Shown here: positions 31,987 through 32,406 of the stretch, one piece after another
Layout: each line of letters starts with the position of its first letter
Numbering within the stretch: the first letter of the stretch is position 1
Translations under genes and position numbers: made by a program
NCBI RefSeq assembly: GCF_004010195.1
Contig: NC_057719.1
Coordinates: 46,671,533-46,703,938 of the forward strand
Direction: 5' to 3'
Length of the DNA: 32,406 bases
Origin: Chiloscyllium plagiosum
Taxonomy: Eukaryota
Notes under the pieces: model-generated
Database searches by the model: none
What the model was told of the DNA's origin: nothing
What the model saw: the letters and a program-made list of their open reading frames with translations, nothing else

Positions 31987-32406
31987 AGGTAAAAAGGAGG
32001 ACTGCAGATGCTGGAAACCAGACTCTAGATTAGAGTGGTGCTGGAAAAGCACAGCAGTTCAGGCAGCATCTGAGGAGCAGGAAGATCGATGTTTCGAGCA
32101 AAAGCCCTTCATCAGGAATAGAGGCAGAGTGGAGAGATAAAGGAGAGGAGGGGGGGGGGTGGGGAGAAAGTAGCATAGAGTACAATAGGTGAATGGGGGT
32201 GGGGATGGAGGTGATAGGTCAGAGAGGAGGTGGAGTGGATAGATGGAAAGGAAGATAGGCAGGTAGAACAGGTCATGGGGATGGTCCTGAGCTGGAAGGT
32301 TGGAGCTAGGGTGAGGTGGAGGTAAGGGAAAATGAGGAAACTGGTGAAATCCACATTGATGCCATGGGGTTGAAGTGTTCTGAGGCGGAAGATGAGGTGT
32401 TCTTCC
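31987..32406 (-). mobile_element. Penelope-like element 3' end (GIY-YIG C-terminus, pyrimidine-rich spacer, pLTR); runs off the window
   Basis: The minus strand from 32405 translates EEHLIFRLRTLQPHGINVDFTSFLI. It is homologous to 11104-11463 and carries the complete family A tail. Confidence 0.88.
32088..32115 (-). ncRNA. Minimal hammerhead ribozyme-like core (family A), slightly decayed
   Basis: CTGATGA-A-GGGC-TTTT-GCTC-GAAA-CATC. The ACGT palindrome has changed to ACAT, consistent with CpG decay. Confidence 0.62.

Overview
Repeat-dominated, non-coding eukaryotic DNA, almost certainly from a shark or other elasmobranch (inferred from HE1-type V-SINEs that share their 3' tails with abundant CR1/HER1 LINEs). 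I see no intact host gene, rRNA, tRNA or CRISPR array. The ORF-track entries I can recognise are decayed transposon fragments, and the rest look like chance ORFs. The window contains: about nine CR1 fragments; one L2/Crack-type LINE; a 2.9 kb decayed Tx1-type LINE; three HE1 SINEs; a 627 bp solo LTR; a Gypsy-like remnant; a Tigger-like fragment; two decayed Harbinger-type Myb/SANT genes; Rex/Babar-like 3' tails; and nine Penelope-like element (PLE) 3'-end fragments. The most interesting signal is 12 minimal hammerhead-ribozyme-like cores (CTGAnGA-A-stem II-GAAA-NN-TH) carried by the PLE ends. They fall into three variant families, and helix I appears to covary in one family. Several PLE ends are fold-back insertions, two of them with 14-15 bp target-site duplications (TSDs). 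There is also a near-identical inverted plus tandem duplication at 8897-9961 and several multi-layer nested insertions. All family assignments come from recognising motifs by eye, not from database searches.
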